Under the pieces are notes generated by a model, which saw only the letters and a program-made list of their open reading frames with translations, was not told where the DNA came from and searched no databases. From contig CAIOIJ010000049.1 of NCBI GenBank assembly GCA_903858325.1, positions 1 through 58,002 of the forward strand: DNA of 58,002 nucleotides. The letters run 5' to 3'. The translations under genes were made by a program, and so were the position numbers. Origin of the DNA: an uncultured Actinomycetes bacterium (GTDB lineage: Bacteria > Actinomycetota > Actinomycetes > Nanopelagicales > Nanopelagicaceae). This document shows positions 38,793-49,413 of this stretch, piece by piece (position 1 is the first letter of the stretch; every line of letters starts with the position of its first letter).

Positions 38793-38935
38793 GGTCGCTC
38801 TTTAGGGGAAGTTCGGTGAAATTCCGACGCTGACCCGCAACCGTAAGGCATATCGAAATCGATAGCGCTAAGTCGGATTACCTAAAGATGATGACCCAGT
38901 AATTGAGCGACACCCGCCGAGGTTTGCGGGGTGTA
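38793..38935 (+). ncRNA. Cobalamin riboswitch
   Basis: AGGGGAAGTTCGGTGAAATTCCGACGCTGACCCGCAACCGTAA...AAGTCGGATTACCT core closed by TCTTTAGG/CCTAAAGA; downstream GGTTTGCGGG complementary to CCCGCAACC; precedes an ECF transporter. Confidence 0.9.
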
Positions 38936-39016
38936 GTCCACATGCATATGAGTTTTCTTCATATGATGAGGATCTGCCCCTGTGAGACTCCCGATTTTTT
39001 GAGAGGCTCCACAGTA

Positions 39017-39562
39017 ATGAAAAAATTTCTTTACATACTTTCAACTTTTACCCTTCTTGCAACTTCCGTAATAACTATGCCTGCTGCACATGCAACCGAT
39101 AAGGGTTACCGCTATTGGGGTTACTTCCAAAGCGCCCCGAATAAATCCGAGTGGGCTTATGCCATGACAGGTCCAACTACTAACGTCGCTGATGGTTCAG
39201 TTGAAGGGTGGGCATTTACTTTTTCCAGTGACAGTGTTCCCGATGCAGCAAAACCTCGCGTGACACCTTCTTTTCAATATTTGTGTGGGAAAACCAAAGC
39301 TGTTGCAGGCAAGAAGAGAATTGCATTGGTAATCGATTTCGGTTCTGCATTCTTGCGCCCCACTGATGAAAAAACTCCGAAAATAATCAAGACATGCGTT
39401 CTTGTTGATTCCAAAGCCCTTGGCGCGGACGTTTTAGCTGCAGGAGCGAAAATTCGCGCAACTGCTTCGGGAATGATCTGTGGAATCAATGCCTATCCCG
39501 CTAAAGAATGCGGCGTTGAAATAGAAACACCTAAAGCGCTGATTCCTAAGAAGAAGCAATAG
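39017..39562 (+). CDS. Secreted SCO2322-family putative cobalamin-binding protein
   Basis: Signal peptide ending PAAHA, GYRYWGYF, DGSVEGW, IALVIDFG, ICGINAYP...C; first gene after the B12 riboswitch. Confidence 0.7.
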   Translation: MKKFLYILSTFTLLATSVITMPAAHATDKGYRYWGYFQSAPNKSEWAYAMTGPTTNVADGSVEGWAFTFSSDSVPDAAKPRVTPSFQYLCGKTKAVAGKKRIALVIDFGSAFLRPTDEKTPKIIKTCVLVDSKALGADVLAAGAKIRATASGMICGINAYPAKECGVEIETPKALIPKKKQ

Positions 39563-39566
39563 CTTT

Positions 39567-40367
39567 GTGACAAGTTTGCGACACCCACTCACGTGGTGGA
39601 TCTGGTCCATCACCTTAGCTATCGCAGTAGCACGCGCCAATAATCCTTGGCTGGCTGCTGTAATTGTGGGTGTTGCATATCTTGTCGTGCGCACTGCACG
39701 CGATAACGCTCCTTGGTCTAGAAGTTTTGAATCAGCCTTCAAACTTGGCATTTTCATAGTTCTAGTTCGTACCTTGTTTGGAGTTCTCATCGGCACACCG
39801 ATTCCCGGAACAATCATTGTCCAACTTCCCGTACTTCCTCTGCCTGATTGGATGGCAGGAATAAGAGTTGGTGGAGCGATAACACAGGAGCGACTCTTTG
39901 GGACTTTGCACGAAGGCATCATCATGGCAAGCATTGTGATTCTCTTTGGAGCGGGCGCATCGTTGACAAGTCCACACAGATTATTGCGAGTCCTCCCCTT
40001 TGCCATTTATCAATTTGGTTTAGCAATCACAATCGCAACGTCATTAGTTCCACAATTTATCGCCAGTATTGCGCGAATTAGAGAAGCGCAATTCTTACGA
40101 GGTCAAAAAAAGTCTTTCAAGCGGACGCTGATTCCACTGATGGAAGAATCCCTTGCGCGCTCACTTGACCTTGCCGCTTCCATGGATTCTCGCGGCTATG
40201 GAACGCATCGAATTCGTTCGCGTTATCGCGCAGTCACTTTCGACGCGATCGATCTAACAATTACTGCCTTCTGTCTCCTTGCAATCATCTCTCCATATTT
40301 CTCTTTCGCCGCGGTTGCCGCACCACTTCTATTTATTGGTAGAAAAAGAATTGCGGCTATGGCCTAG
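39567..40367 (+). CDS. ECF transporter transmembrane T component
   Basis: HPLTWW, AQFLRG, LAASMDSRGYG. Confidence 0.87.
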   Translation: MTSLRHPLTWWIWSITLAIAVARANNPWLAAVIVGVAYLVVRTARDNAPWSRSFESAFKLGIFIVLVRTLFGVLIGTPIPGTIIVQLPVLPLPDWMAGIRVGGAITQERLFGTLHEGIIMASIVILFGAGASLTSPHRLLRVLPFAIYQFGLAITIATSLVPQFIASIARIREAQFLRGQKKSFKRTLIPLMEESLARSLDLAASMDSRGYGTHRIRSRYRAVTFDAIDLTITAFCLLAIISPYFSFAAVAAPLLFIGRKRIAAMA

Positions 40368-41972
40368 ATGATTACTTTCTCCGATGTTTCACTTATATAT
40401 CCAAATTCGACTAGAACCGTTCTCGAAAATCTGACACTAACAATCGAGGAAGGTGAACTTGTATTAGTTATCGGCCCAACTGGTTCTGGTAAATCATCGC
40501 TGCTTCGCCTCATCAATGGCCTCGTGCCGCATCACACTGGCGGAATTTTGGCTGGCGATATCAGCGTCGATGGAATTTCAACTCAATTGGTAAAGCCAGG
40601 TGGGCTTGCGCACATCATTGGAATTGTTGGACAAAATCCAATTCATGGTTTTGTCACAGATACAGTCGAGGAAGAACTAGCTTTCGGAATGGAAACTCTC
40701 AATATTGCGCCAGAGATTATGCGCAAGCGAGTTGAAGAAATTCTTGACCTCTTGAGTTTGGCACCACTGCGTAATCGTTCACTTTCTACCTTGAGCGGTG
40801 GCGAGCAACAGAGAGTTGCAATTGGCAGCGCACTTGTTATGCATCCCAAAGTTCTAGTACTCGACGAACCAACGAGTGCACTCGATCCTATTGCCGCCGA
40901 AGAAGTTCTATCTATTCTGCATCGATTAGTGCATGACTTAGGGCTCACCGTTGTTATTGCTGAACACAAATTGGAGCGCGTAATTCAATTTGCAGATCGA
41001 ATCGTTCATATCGATGGTCTTGGAAATGCTCGAGTTGGTACACCTGCACAAATTATGAGTGACTCAGATATTGCTCCTCCAATTGTGCATTTAGCGCGCG
41101 CACTCGGGATGAAAGAGATTGCACTCTCGGTTCGTGACATGCGACGACTCAGCGAAGATTTGCGCAACGCCCAATACTTGCCGCACGCAGCAGAGGAGTT
41201 CGAGATTGGTAATCAAATAATTTCTTGCGCAAAGCTGACACTTAATTACGGCGAGAAAGAAGTTTTGCGCAATATCAATCTGGCCTTTCATGAAGGTGAA
41301 GTCATTGCAATAATGGGACGCAATGGAGCAGGTAAAAGTTCTTTGCTAAAAACTATTGTCGGACTCAACACTGCCCACAGCGGAAAAGTGCAGATCCGTG
41401 AAATCAACCCTGCAACTCTGAGCGGGGGCGCCCGTCGCCAGACAATAGGTTTTATTCCTCAAGAGCCAAGTGATTTGCTCTACGGACAAAGCGTGCTCAT
41501 GGAATGCCAGCAAGGCGACCGTGATAATGAAATAGCTAGCGGCACAACCTTTGCATTGTTATCAGAGTTAGTGCCCGGGATTTCACCTCATACACATCCG
41601 CGTGATTTGTCAGAAGGGCAACGTTTGGCCTTAGCGCTCTCTGTTGTGCTTTCGGCCCAACCCGAAATACTTATTTTAGATGAACCCACTCGAGGCTTGG
41701 ATTATCAAGCTAAGAGCCATTTGATTGCCACGCTTTTGCGCTGTGCGCGAGTTTTCAAACGCACTGTCATCCTTGCAACACATGATGTTGAACTTGTTGC
41801 AGAGCTGGCATCTCGAGTCATCTTTTTGGCAGATGGTGATCTCGTTGCCGACGGTGCAACTATTGATGTTTTGCTCTCTTCGCCCGCTTTCGCGCCGCAG
41901 GTAGCAAAAATAATGTCTCCACAACCATGGCTCACCGTCAAAGATGTTGTTAGCGCAATGGAGTCACGATGA
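40368..41972 (+). CDS. ECF transporter duplicated ATPase
   Basis: GPTGSGKS / GRNGAGKS, LSGGE / LSEGQ, two LDEPT motifs. Confidence 0.93.
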   Translation: MITFSDVSLIYPNSTRTVLENLTLTIEEGELVLVIGPTGSGKSSLLRLINGLVPHHTGGILAGDISVDGISTQLVKPGGLAHIIGIVGQNPIHGFVTDTVEEELAFGMETLNIAPEIMRKRVEEILDLLSLAPLRNRSLSTLSGGEQQRVAIGSALVMHPKVLVLDEPTSALDPIAAEEVLSILHRLVHDLGLTVVIAEHKLERVIQFADRIVHIDGLGNARVGTPAQIMSDSDIAPPIVHLARALGMKEIALSVRDMRRLSEDLRNAQYLPHAAEEFEIGNQIISCAKLTLNYGEKEVLRNINLAFHEGEVIAIMGRNGAGKSSLLKTIVGLNTAHSGKVQIREINPATLSGGARRQTIGFIPQEPSDLLYGQSVLMECQQGDRDNEIASGTTFALLSELVPGISPHTHPRDLSEGQRLALALSVVLSAQPEILILDEPTRGLDYQAKSHLIATLLRCARVFKRTVILATHDVELVAELASRVIFLADGDLVADGATIDVLLSSPAFAPQVAKIMSPQPWLTVKDVVSAMESR

Positions 41973-42799
41973 ATACTGCCTCAATTGTAACTTTGCGAAG
42001 GCGCACTCATGTAGTTCTTGTCGCTACATCGCTAGTTAGTTTGGTTGGTTTCTTATGGCCATTCTTTTACGACTCGCACGCCATTGCAAAGACAACGATT
42101 TTTTTCTGGATTGCTACAGCTTTAGCAATTTTCTTGATTATTGTGGAAATTAGTAATGAGACTCTAGATGCGAAATCGATCGCATTATTAGGCGTGCTCA
42201 CGGCCATTATCGCTGCGCTTCGACCACTAGGCGCGGGGGCTGTAGGTATTGAACCGATGTGGTTTGTACTCATACTCTCAGCGCGCGTTTTCGGAGCCTC
42301 ATTTGGCTTCATTCTCGGTCTTACTTCCATCTTTACTTCTGCACTTCTTACAGGTGGTTTAGGTCCATGGCTTGGTTATCAACTTTTTGCAGCAGCGTGG
42401 ATTGGTCTATTTGCAGGAATGTTGCCGGCTCGTTTACGCGGCAAGAAAGAAATTGCATTGCTTGTTATCTATTCAATTGGCGCATCTTTTATCTTTGGAT
42501 TAATGATGGATCTGCAATTTTGGCCATGGGCACTTGGTTTAGATACACAACTCTCATTTGTTCCGGGTGGTGAACTTCTTGTAAATCTTCATAGATTTAT
42601 TCTTTTTCATTTTGCAACATCGATGGCTTGGGATCTTCCGCGTGCCATTCTTACAAGTTCACTCATTCTCATTGGCGCACCTGCAATTCTTACTGCATTA
42701 CGCCGCACCAAGTTTCGCGCTGCATTTGTAACACCTATCGAATTCGCTGCAAGTAAAGATGACGCTATCGAACGTGCGAAGGGACTAAAGGCGCTTTAG
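41969..42799 (+). CDS. ECF transporter S component (cobalamin, CbrT-like)
   Basis: IALLGVL...LRPLGAG...GIEP, SALLTGGLGPW, WDLPRA; located in the B12 riboswitch operon. Confidence 0.83.
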   Translation: MNTASIVTLRRRTHVVLVATSLVSLVGFLWPFFYDSHAIAKTTIFFWIATALAIFLIIVEISNETLDAKSIALLGVLTAIIAALRPLGAGAVGIEPMWFVLILSARVFGASFGFILGLTSIFTSALLTGGLGPWLGYQLFAAAWIGLFAGMLPARLRGKKEIALLVIYSIGASFIFGLMMDLQFWPWALGLDTQLSFVPGGELLVNLHRFILFHFATSMAWDLPRAILTSSLILIGAPAILTALRRTKFRAAFVTPIEFAASKDDAIERAKGLKAL

Positions 42800-43853
42800 T
42801 TACTTGCGCCAATGAATCACGTCCTCGTACATCGATAATTACTTGATCTCCCACTGCAACATCGGGTGAAAGCAGAGCCAAGGCAATTCCCTTTTTGAGT
42901 GTCGGTGAAAAAGTTCCAGAGGTAACTTCTCCGATGACATTGCCGTTCTGGTCTTTGACGCTCATATGTGCGCGAGGAATCCCTCGATCAAGTGATACGA
43001 GCGCATGGAGAACACGTGCTGCTCCATTTTCTTTCTGAGCGCGCAGCACATCGCTGCCAATGAATTTTTCTTTCTTCCAACCAACTGCCCACGGAGCGCC
43101 ACCTTCAATAGGTGAAATCTCCACACTCAATTCGTGTCCATGTAGCGGATAACCCATTTCAGTGCGCAACGTGTCACGCGCTCCCAAGCCACATATTTGT
43201 CCACCCAATGGCGTAATAATTTCTACGAGTGCATCCCAGACGGCAGGTGCATCACTCCATGTAGGAAGTAATTCGTAACCGTATTCTCCCGTGTATCCAG
43301 TGCGGCACAAGATGACATCTTTATTTCCAATTGTGACATGAGAGAAACTCATGTAATCAATATCGGATTCAATACCAAGTGCTGCTAGAACTTGTGCAGA
43401 TTTCGGACCTTGCACAGCAATGACTGCAAAAGATTCGTGCAGGTTTTCGATAGTTATTCCTTGTGGCGCATTAGCTTTGAGAACATCAACAACTGCAGAA
43501 GTGTTGGATGCATTAGGAACAAGAAATAAGTCTTCGGAACTATTTCGATAAACAATGAGATCGTCGATGACTCCACCTTGTGGGGTGCACAGCATTGTGT
43601 ATTGCGCCATGCCATCGGTAATGCGATTCAAATCATTTGTAAAAGTTACGTTCAAGAACTCGAGTGCACCATGACCTTTTACCGATGCTTTGCCTAAATG
43701 TGAAACATCAAAGATTCCAACGCTTTCGCGAACTGCAGTGTGTTCGGCTAAGACTCCCGCTCCTGGATATTCGATCGGCATGAGCCACCCACCAAAATCC
43801 GCCATCTTGGCGCCTAGGGCTACATGCTTATCGTGAAGGGGTGAGTTTTTCAT
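42765..43853 (-). CDS. gcvT: Glycine cleavage system aminomethyltransferase T
   Basis: FGGWLMPIEY, FDVSHLG, RTGYTGEYGYE, GLGARDTLRTEMGYPLHG. Confidence 0.96.
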   Translation of the reverse strand: MKNSPLHDKHVALGAKMADFGGWLMPIEYPGAGVLAEHTAVRESVGIFDVSHLGKASVKGHGALEFLNVTFTNDLNRITDGMAQYTMLCTPQGGVIDDLIVYRNSSEDLFLVPNASNTSAVVDVLKANAPQGITIENLHESFAVIAVQGPKSAQVLAALGIESDIDYMSFSHVTIGNKDVILCRTGYTGEYGYELLPTWSDAPAVWDALVEIITPLGGQICGLGARDTLRTEMGYPLHGHELSVEISPIEGGAPWAVGWKKEKFIGSDVLRAQKENGAARVLHALVSLDRGIPRAHMSVKDQNGNVIGEVTSGTFSPTLKKGIALALLSPDVAVGDQVIIDVRGRDSLAQVTKAPLVPSHVR

Positions 43854-43905
43854 GCCCCCAATCTAGCAATGTGAAATCTTCCGAGCTCTCTATTAGGCTC
43901 TCCTC

Positions 43906-45399
43906 ATGTCTAAAATTCGCCTTTCTGATGGAATCGTAAAAGATGAAGTACTCGTAATCGGTTTTGCAAAGAACGCTAAGGGCGGTCTAGCAATTGAAGC
44001 GGGAGATTTATCTCTTGATACAAAAGCGCTTCTATCAATTTTGAGCGATATGGGTGCATCGGGAAAAGCTGATGAAGTCATCAAGATGCCGAGCTCCTTT
44101 GTGCGTCTACTTGTTTTTACCGGACTAGGGACTAAGAGCGCCTCGTATAGCCATGAAATTCTTCGTCGCGCAGCAGGTGCGGCTTCTCGCGCACTCGATG
44201 GAACTACAAATGCAACTTTCGCACTACCGACACCTAATCACGCATCACTCGCAGCTGTAGCCGAAGGTGCAGCCCTTGGCGCATATGCCTTTACAGAGTT
44301 TCGCGGAACGTCAAAGAGTGAATACAAGGCACCTGTTTCGCATATAACAATTCATACTGCGCTGGCATCAAAGAAAGAATCCAAAGAGGCAGCACATCGC
44401 GCGGAAGTAATTGCAAAATACACACACCTTGTTCGCGATCTCATCAACACTCCCCCAAGTCACTTGACGCCTGATTCATTTACTAAAAAATTGAATGCCG
44501 CAGTAAAGAGTGCTGGTGGCGCGAAAATGAAACTCAAAGTCACTATCTGGGATGAAAAACAACTCAAATCTCAAGGCTTTGGTGGAATTATTGGCGTCGG
44601 GCAAGGTTCGGCTAATCCTCCACGCCTCATGCATATTTCATATTCACCTCTAAAACCTAAGAAGCGTTATGCCTTTGTTGGTAAAGGAATTACTTTCGAT
44701 ACAGGTGGCCTTGCACTCAAACCTGCACAAGGTATGGAAGCCATGAAATCAGATATGAGTGGAGCTGCAGCGGTGTGCGCCGCAGTACTTGCAATTGCGA
44801 CTTTGAAATTACCAATCGCAATTGATGCATGGGCACCACTTGCCGAAAACATGGTTAGCGACACGGCAACTCGTCCAAGTGACATCATCACAATATTTGG
44901 TGGCAAGACTGTTGAAGTTCTCAATCCAGATGCAGAAGGTCGACTCGTACTTGCAGATGCATTGATGAAAGCACAGAAAGTGAATCCACAACTCGATGGA
45001 ATTATCGATGTTGCAACTCTTACTGGCGCTCAAGTCATTGCCCTTGGCACACGTACAAGTGCAGCCATGACAAATAACGAATCGTTTAGAGAAGAATTCC
45101 TGAAAGCATCTGCTCTCAGTGGCGAAGCATTCTGGCCAATGCCTCTTCCTGAAGAGTTACGTGCATCACTTGATTCACCTGTTGCAGATATTGCAAACTT
45201 AGGTGATCGCATGGGTGGAATGTTGGTTGCGGGTCTGTTCCTCAAGGATTTCATCAATCCTGAACTCCCATGGCTGCATTTAGATATCGCTGGGCCAGCA
45301 TTCAATGATGCAAAGGCCCACGGCTACACACCAGTAGGGGGAACTGGAGTGGCGATGCGTTCACTTCTCGTGCTCGCCGAAGAGGCCTCAGTTCGTTAA
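43906..45399 (+). CDS. pepA: Leucyl aminopeptidase (M17)
   Basis: VGKGITFDTGG, MKSDM, NPDAEGRL, ATLTGA, HLDIAG. Confidence 0.95.
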   Translation: MSKIRLSDGIVKDEVLVIGFAKNAKGGLAIEAGDLSLDTKALLSILSDMGASGKADEVIKMPSSFVRLLVFTGLGTKSASYSHEILRRAAGAASRALDGTTNATFALPTPNHASLAAVAEGAALGAYAFTEFRGTSKSEYKAPVSHITIHTALASKKESKEAAHRAEVIAKYTHLVRDLINTPPSHLTPDSFTKKLNAAVKSAGGAKMKLKVTIWDEKQLKSQGFGGIIGVGQGSANPPRLMHISYSPLKPKKRYAFVGKGITFDTGGLALKPAQGMEAMKSDMSGAAAVCAAVLAIATLKLPIAIDAWAPLAENMVSDTATRPSDIITIFGGKTVEVLNPDAEGRLVLADALMKAQKVNPQLDGIIDVATLTGAQVIALGTRTSAAMTNNESFREEFLKASALSGEAFWPMPLPEELRASLDSPVADIANLGDRMGGMLVAGLFLKDFINPELPWLHLDIAGPAFNDAKAHGYTPVGGTGVAMRSLLVLAEEASVR

Positions 45400-45456
45400 T
45401 TTGAGCGAAGGCTGGCAGGATAGGCAGGTAGCACTCGATGGTGATGGGAGTTTGAT

Positions 45457-46824
45457 GTGTCGGTTTTCGATCTAGTAATCCTTGGTGGCGGCAGCGGTGG
45501 TTATGCATGCGCTCTTCGTAGCGCACAACTCGGTCTCAACGTCGCTTTGATCGAAGCAGATAAATTAGGCGGCACATGTCTTCACCGCGGATGTATTCCA
45601 ACCAAGGCCCTTCTTCACTCTGGAGAAATTGCCGATGGCGCGCGCGATGCGAGCCACTTTGGCGTCAATGCACAATTTCTTTCCATGGATATGCCAGCAG
45701 TCAATGGTTATAAAGATGGCGTCATTACAAAATTGCACAAAGGTCTACAAGGTCTCGTAAAGTCTAGAAACATTACCTATATCGAAGGCCACGGAAAGCT
45801 CGTCGCTAAAGACACAATTGAAGTCAATGGTGAGCGAATCACTGGCAAGAACATTATTTTGGCTACTGGTTCATATGCGCGATCACTGCCTGGACTAGAT
45901 ATTGATGGCGTGAAAGTAATTACTTCTGACCATGCGACAAAACTAGATTACGTTCCAAAGAGCGTCATTGTCCTTGGCGGCGGAGTTATTGGTTCTGAAT
46001 TCGCATCAGTATGGAAATCTTTTGGTAGCGATGTAACAATTATTGAAGGTCTGCCACATCTAGTTCCACTCGAAGATGAATCATCAAGTAAGCAACTCGA
46101 GCGCGCATTTAGAAAGCGCGGAATCAATTTCGAACTTGGAACACGTTTCAAGTCACATGTAGTTACCGCCGACGGAGTTACCGTAACTCTTGAAGATGGC
46201 AAGACATTTACTGCCGAGATTCTCCTCGTTGCAGTTGGTCGCGGACCAGTATCTGCAAACCTCGGTTATGAAGCACAAGGCATCACCATGGATCGTGGCT
46301 TTGTATTAGTTGATGACAAATGCCGCACAAATATCCCAGGAATATGGGCTGTCGGAGATTTGATTCCAACTCTGCAATTAGCACACGTTGGTTTTGCTGA
46401 AGGAATTCTCGTTGCTGAAGAGATTGCAGGTTTGAATCCGCGGGCAATCAATTACGACGGTATCCCCCGCGTGACATATTCAGATCCTGAAGTTGCATCT
46501 GTTGGCCTTACAACCGCAGTTGCTAAAGAGCGCGGTTACGATGTTGTTGAACTCAATTACGATCTTGCCGGAAATGGCAAGGCACAAATTTTGCGCACTG
46601 CAGGCTCTATCAAACTTGTTGCGCAAAAAGATGGACCGGTTCTAGGAATTCATATGGTCGGTGCACGAGTTGGCGAGTTACTTGCCGAAGCAGAACTTAT
46701 TTTCAATTGGGAAGCATCGGCTGCCGATGTCGCTCCATTGATACATGCACACCCAACGCTCTCTGAAGCAATGGGTGAAGCACATATGGCACTTGCAGGT
46801 AAACCGCTTCATGCACACGGATAA
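45457..46824 (+). CDS. lpdA: Dihydrolipoamide dehydrogenase
   Basis: GGGSGG, GGTCLHRGCIPTK, HAHPTLSE. Confidence 0.96.
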   Translation: MSVFDLVILGGGSGGYACALRSAQLGLNVALIEADKLGGTCLHRGCIPTKALLHSGEIADGARDASHFGVNAQFLSMDMPAVNGYKDGVITKLHKGLQGLVKSRNITYIEGHGKLVAKDTIEVNGERITGKNIILATGSYARSLPGLDIDGVKVITSDHATKLDYVPKSVIVLGGGVIGSEFASVWKSFGSDVTIIEGLPHLVPLEDESSSKQLERAFRKRGINFELGTRFKSHVVTADGVTVTLEDGKTFTAEILLVAVGRGPVSANLGYEAQGITMDRGFVLVDDKCRTNIPGIWAVGDLIPTLQLAHVGFAEGILVAEEIAGLNPRAINYDGIPRVTYSDPEVASVGLTTAVAKERGYDVVELNYDLAGNGKAQILRTAGSIKLVAQKDGPVLGIHMVGARVGELLAEAELIFNWEASAADVAPLIHAHPTLSEAMGEAHMALAGKPLHAHG

Positions 46825-46839
46825 CGGGGAGAAATAACA

Positions 46840-48516
46840 ATGACATTCTCAGTCACTATGCCAGCACTCGGCGAGAGCGTGAGTGAAGGAACAGTTACAC
46901 GTTGGCTCAAAGCCGAAGGCGATCATGTCAATGTTGATGAACCACTCCTTGAAGTTTCAACCGACAAAGTAGATACAGAGATTCCATCACCTGTTGCAGG
47001 AATTCTTACAAAGATTGTTGTTGCTATCGATCAAACTGTTGCCGTTGGCGCAGAGCTTGCGATCATTGCAGATAGCGCCGGCGCATCAGCGTCGGCTGCA
47101 CCCGTTGCAGCTCCTACTCCTGCACCTGTAGCACCAGTTGCTCCAGTAGTTGCCGCGCCAGTAGTTACTCCGCCGCCACCCGTTGCTCCAGTTGCTCCTG
47201 CCGCATCAGGTTCAGGCACCGTAATCACTATGCCTGCATTAGGTGAGAGCGTGAGTGAAGGAACTGTTACACGTTGGCTAAAAAATGTTGGTGACTCAGT
47301 TGCAGTTGATGAAGCGCTACTTGAAGTTTCAACCGACAAAGTAGATACAGAGATTCCATCACCAGTTGCAGGAACTCTTCTTGCAATCGATGTTGCAGTA
47401 GATACAACTGTTCCAGTTGGCGCACGTCTTGGTCTCATCGGTGGCGCCGGTGCACCTGTAATTAGCGCACCTGTTGTTAGCGCACCTGCACCAGTTGCAC
47501 CACCAGTAGTTGCTGCTCCAGTAGCAGTTGCTCCACCCGTTGTTGCAGCGCCTGCACCAGTAGTTGCTGCTGCGCCAATAACACAGCCTGCAGATGCTTA
47601 TGTAACGCCACTTGTTCGCAAGCTTGCTAATGAACTTGGCGTCAATCTTGCAACAGTGAAAGGCACCGGAATTGGCGGGCGAATTCGCAAGGAAGATCTT
47701 GTAGCCGCTGCACCTAAGAGCGCGCCAGTTGCACAAGCTGGGCCACAAGTTACTTCAACTCCAACAGCGGCTAAGCCGGCTTCCGTTGCTACATCTCCAT
47801 TGCGCGGAACAACAGTGACAATGTCACGACTTCGTAAAGTGATTGCATCGCGCATGGTCGAATCTCTTCAAGTGAGTGCGCAGCTGACTACAGTTATTGA
47901 AGTTGATGTTACAAAGATTTCTCGTCTGCGAGATCGCTCGAAGGCAACATTTGAAGCACGTGAAGGCGTAAAGCTTTCATTCCTTCCATTCTTTGCCGTT
48001 GCTGTATGTGAAGCGCTTAAGCAACATCCAGTTCTCAACTCATCTGTTGAAGGCGATCAAATTACTTATCACGGTGCAGAACACCTTGGTATCGCAGTTG
48101 ATACAGAGCGCGGATTACTCGTACCTGTAATTCATAATGCTGGTGACTTGAATATGGGTGGCGTTGCTCGCAAAATTGCAGATCTTGCAGCACGTACACG
48201 CGATAACAAAGTAACGCCAGATGAACTCGGTGGTGGAACTTTCACGCTGACAAATACTGGAAGTCGCGGAGCACTCTTTGACACACCAATTATCAATCAA
48301 CCACAAGTTGCAATTCTTGGGCTTGGCGCAGTTGTAAAGCGTCCAATGGTTGTAAAGGGCGAAGATGGCGGCGAAACAATTGCTATTCGCTCCATGGTTT
48401 ATTTGGGTCTTTCATACGATCACCGCGTCGTTGATGGCGCCGATGCTGCCCGTTTCCTTGTAACGCTCAAAGAGCGTCTTGAAGGCGGAGCATTTGAATC
48501 TGATTTGGGTCTCTAA
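46840..48516 (+). CDS. sucB: Dihydrolipoamide acyltransferase E2 with two lipoyl domains (DlaT/SucB)
   Basis: Two [10 protein letters not shown] lipoyl motifs, Ala/Pro linkers, [16 protein letters not shown]. Confidence 0.93.
   Translation: MTFSVTMPALGESVSEGTVTRWLKAEGDHVNVDEPLLEVSTDKVDTEIPSPVAGILTKIVVAIDQTVAVGAELAIIADSAGASASAAPVAAPTPAPVAPVAPVVAAPVVTPPPPVAPVAPAASGSGTVITMPALGESVSEGTVTRWLKNVGDSVAVDEALLEVSTDKVDTEIPSPVAGTLLAIDVAVDTTVPVGARLGLIGGAGAPVISAPVVSAPAPVAPPVVAAPVAVAPPVVAAPAPVVAAAPITQPADAYVTPLVRKLANELGVNLATVKGTGIGGRIRKEDLVAAAPKSAPVAQAGPQVTSTPTAAKPASVATSPLRGTTVTMSRLRKVIASRMVESLQVSAQLTTVIEVDVTKISRLRDRSKATFEAREGVKLSFLPFFAVAVCEALKQHPVLNSSVEGDQITYHGAEHLGIAVDTERGLLVPVIHNAGDLNMGGVARKIADLAARTRDNKVTPDELGGGTFTLTNTGSRGALFDTPIINQPQVAILGLGAVVKRPMVVKGEDGGETIAIRSMVYLGLSYDHRVVDGADAARFLVTLKERLEGGAFESDLGL
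46948..47363 (+). repeat. Direct repeat between the two lipoyl-domain coding regions
   Basis: 44-nt identical segment CTTGAAGTTTCAACCGACAAAGTAGATACAGAGATTCCATCACC at 46948-46991 and 47320-47363. Confidence 0.9.
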
Positions 48517-48522
48517 CTCCTG

Positions 48523-49413
48523 ATGTCAGTTCCTCAGAGAATTGCGATCACCGGTTCATCGGGATTGATTGGCACAGCACTCGTTGGCCATCTCAAGAGT
48601 GAAGGTCATACCGTTCAACGTTTAGTACGTCGCGCACCTGTTGCACCAGATGAAATTCAGTGGGATCCAGAATCTGGTTATGTCGATACCGCTGCACTTG
48701 CTGGCGTAGATGCAGTAATCCATCTTGCTGGTGTTGGTGTCAGTGACAAGCGATGGAGCAAGAAATTCAAGAGCCAAATTCTCAATTCTCGACTTCTCGG
48801 TACAACGGCAATTGCCAATGCTGTCGCAGTTGTGAAACCTCAAGTATTTATCTCTGCAAGTGCTATCGGTTGGTATGGCGAGAGCGGAAACCGCCCCGTA
48901 ATTGAAAGTGATAAATCAGGTGATGATTTTCTAGCCGCTGTCTGTCGCGAATGGGAAGGTGCTGCCGATCTTGCAGGCGATGTTCGCACTGTAAAGATTC
49001 GTACAGGTTTAGTTCTCGATCCAACTGGTGGTGCACTTGGCCGTATGTTGCCGTTATTTCGTTATGGTTTCGGTGGAAAATTGGGAAATGGAAAACAATG
49101 GTGGTCGTGGATTACTTTGCACGATCAAATCCGCGCAATCATCTTTGCACTAGAAAGTGATATTTCTGGTCCAGTAAACCTCACATCACCTAATCCAGTT
49201 ACTAATCAAGAATTCACAAGCGCGCTTGCGCGTGCACTTCATCGACCAGCCCTTTTTCCAGCGCCAGCAATTGCTCTCAAAATTGCTTTAGGTGGTTTTT
49301 CAAGCGAGATTTTGGGATCTAAGAAAGTTATGCCACAAGCGCTACTCGATGCTGGATTTACTTTTGATTACCCTCATATATCTGAGGCACTCTCTTTACT
49401 TATTGAGGATTAA
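48523..49413 (+). CDS. TIGR01777 family epimerase/oxidoreductase
   Basis: ITGSSGLIG, SASAIGWYG, FLAAVCREWE, GPVNLTSP; synteny after dlaT. Confidence 0.9.
   Translation: MSVPQRIAITGSSGLIGTALVGHLKSEGHTVQRLVRRAPVAPDEIQWDPESGYVDTAALAGVDAVIHLAGVGVSDKRWSKKFKSQILNSRLLGTTAIANAVAVVKPQVFISASAIGWYGESGNRPVIESDKSGDDFLAAVCREWEGAADLAGDVRTVKIRTGLVLDPTGGALGRMLPLFRYGFGGKLGNGKQWWSWITLHDQIRAIIFALESDISGPVNLTSPNPVTNQEFTSALARALHRPALFPAPAIALKIALGGFSSEILGSKKVMPQALLDAGFTFDYPHISEALSLLIED

Noticed and set aside
38903-39016. N-terminal extension of the ORF after the riboswitch
   Set aside because: It overlaps the riboswitch expression platform; ATG 39017 has a Shine-Dalgarno and begins a signal peptide.
44920-44945. 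PepA NTDAEGR motif reads NPDAEGR
   Set aside because: The metal ligands Asp/Glu and the Arg are intact; a single substitution is not enough to claim altered function.
47080-47600. Repetitive GCACC/CCAGT-rich sequence
   Set aside because: It encodes the ordinary Ala/Pro/Val linkers of E2; it is not a CRISPR array or mobile repeat.
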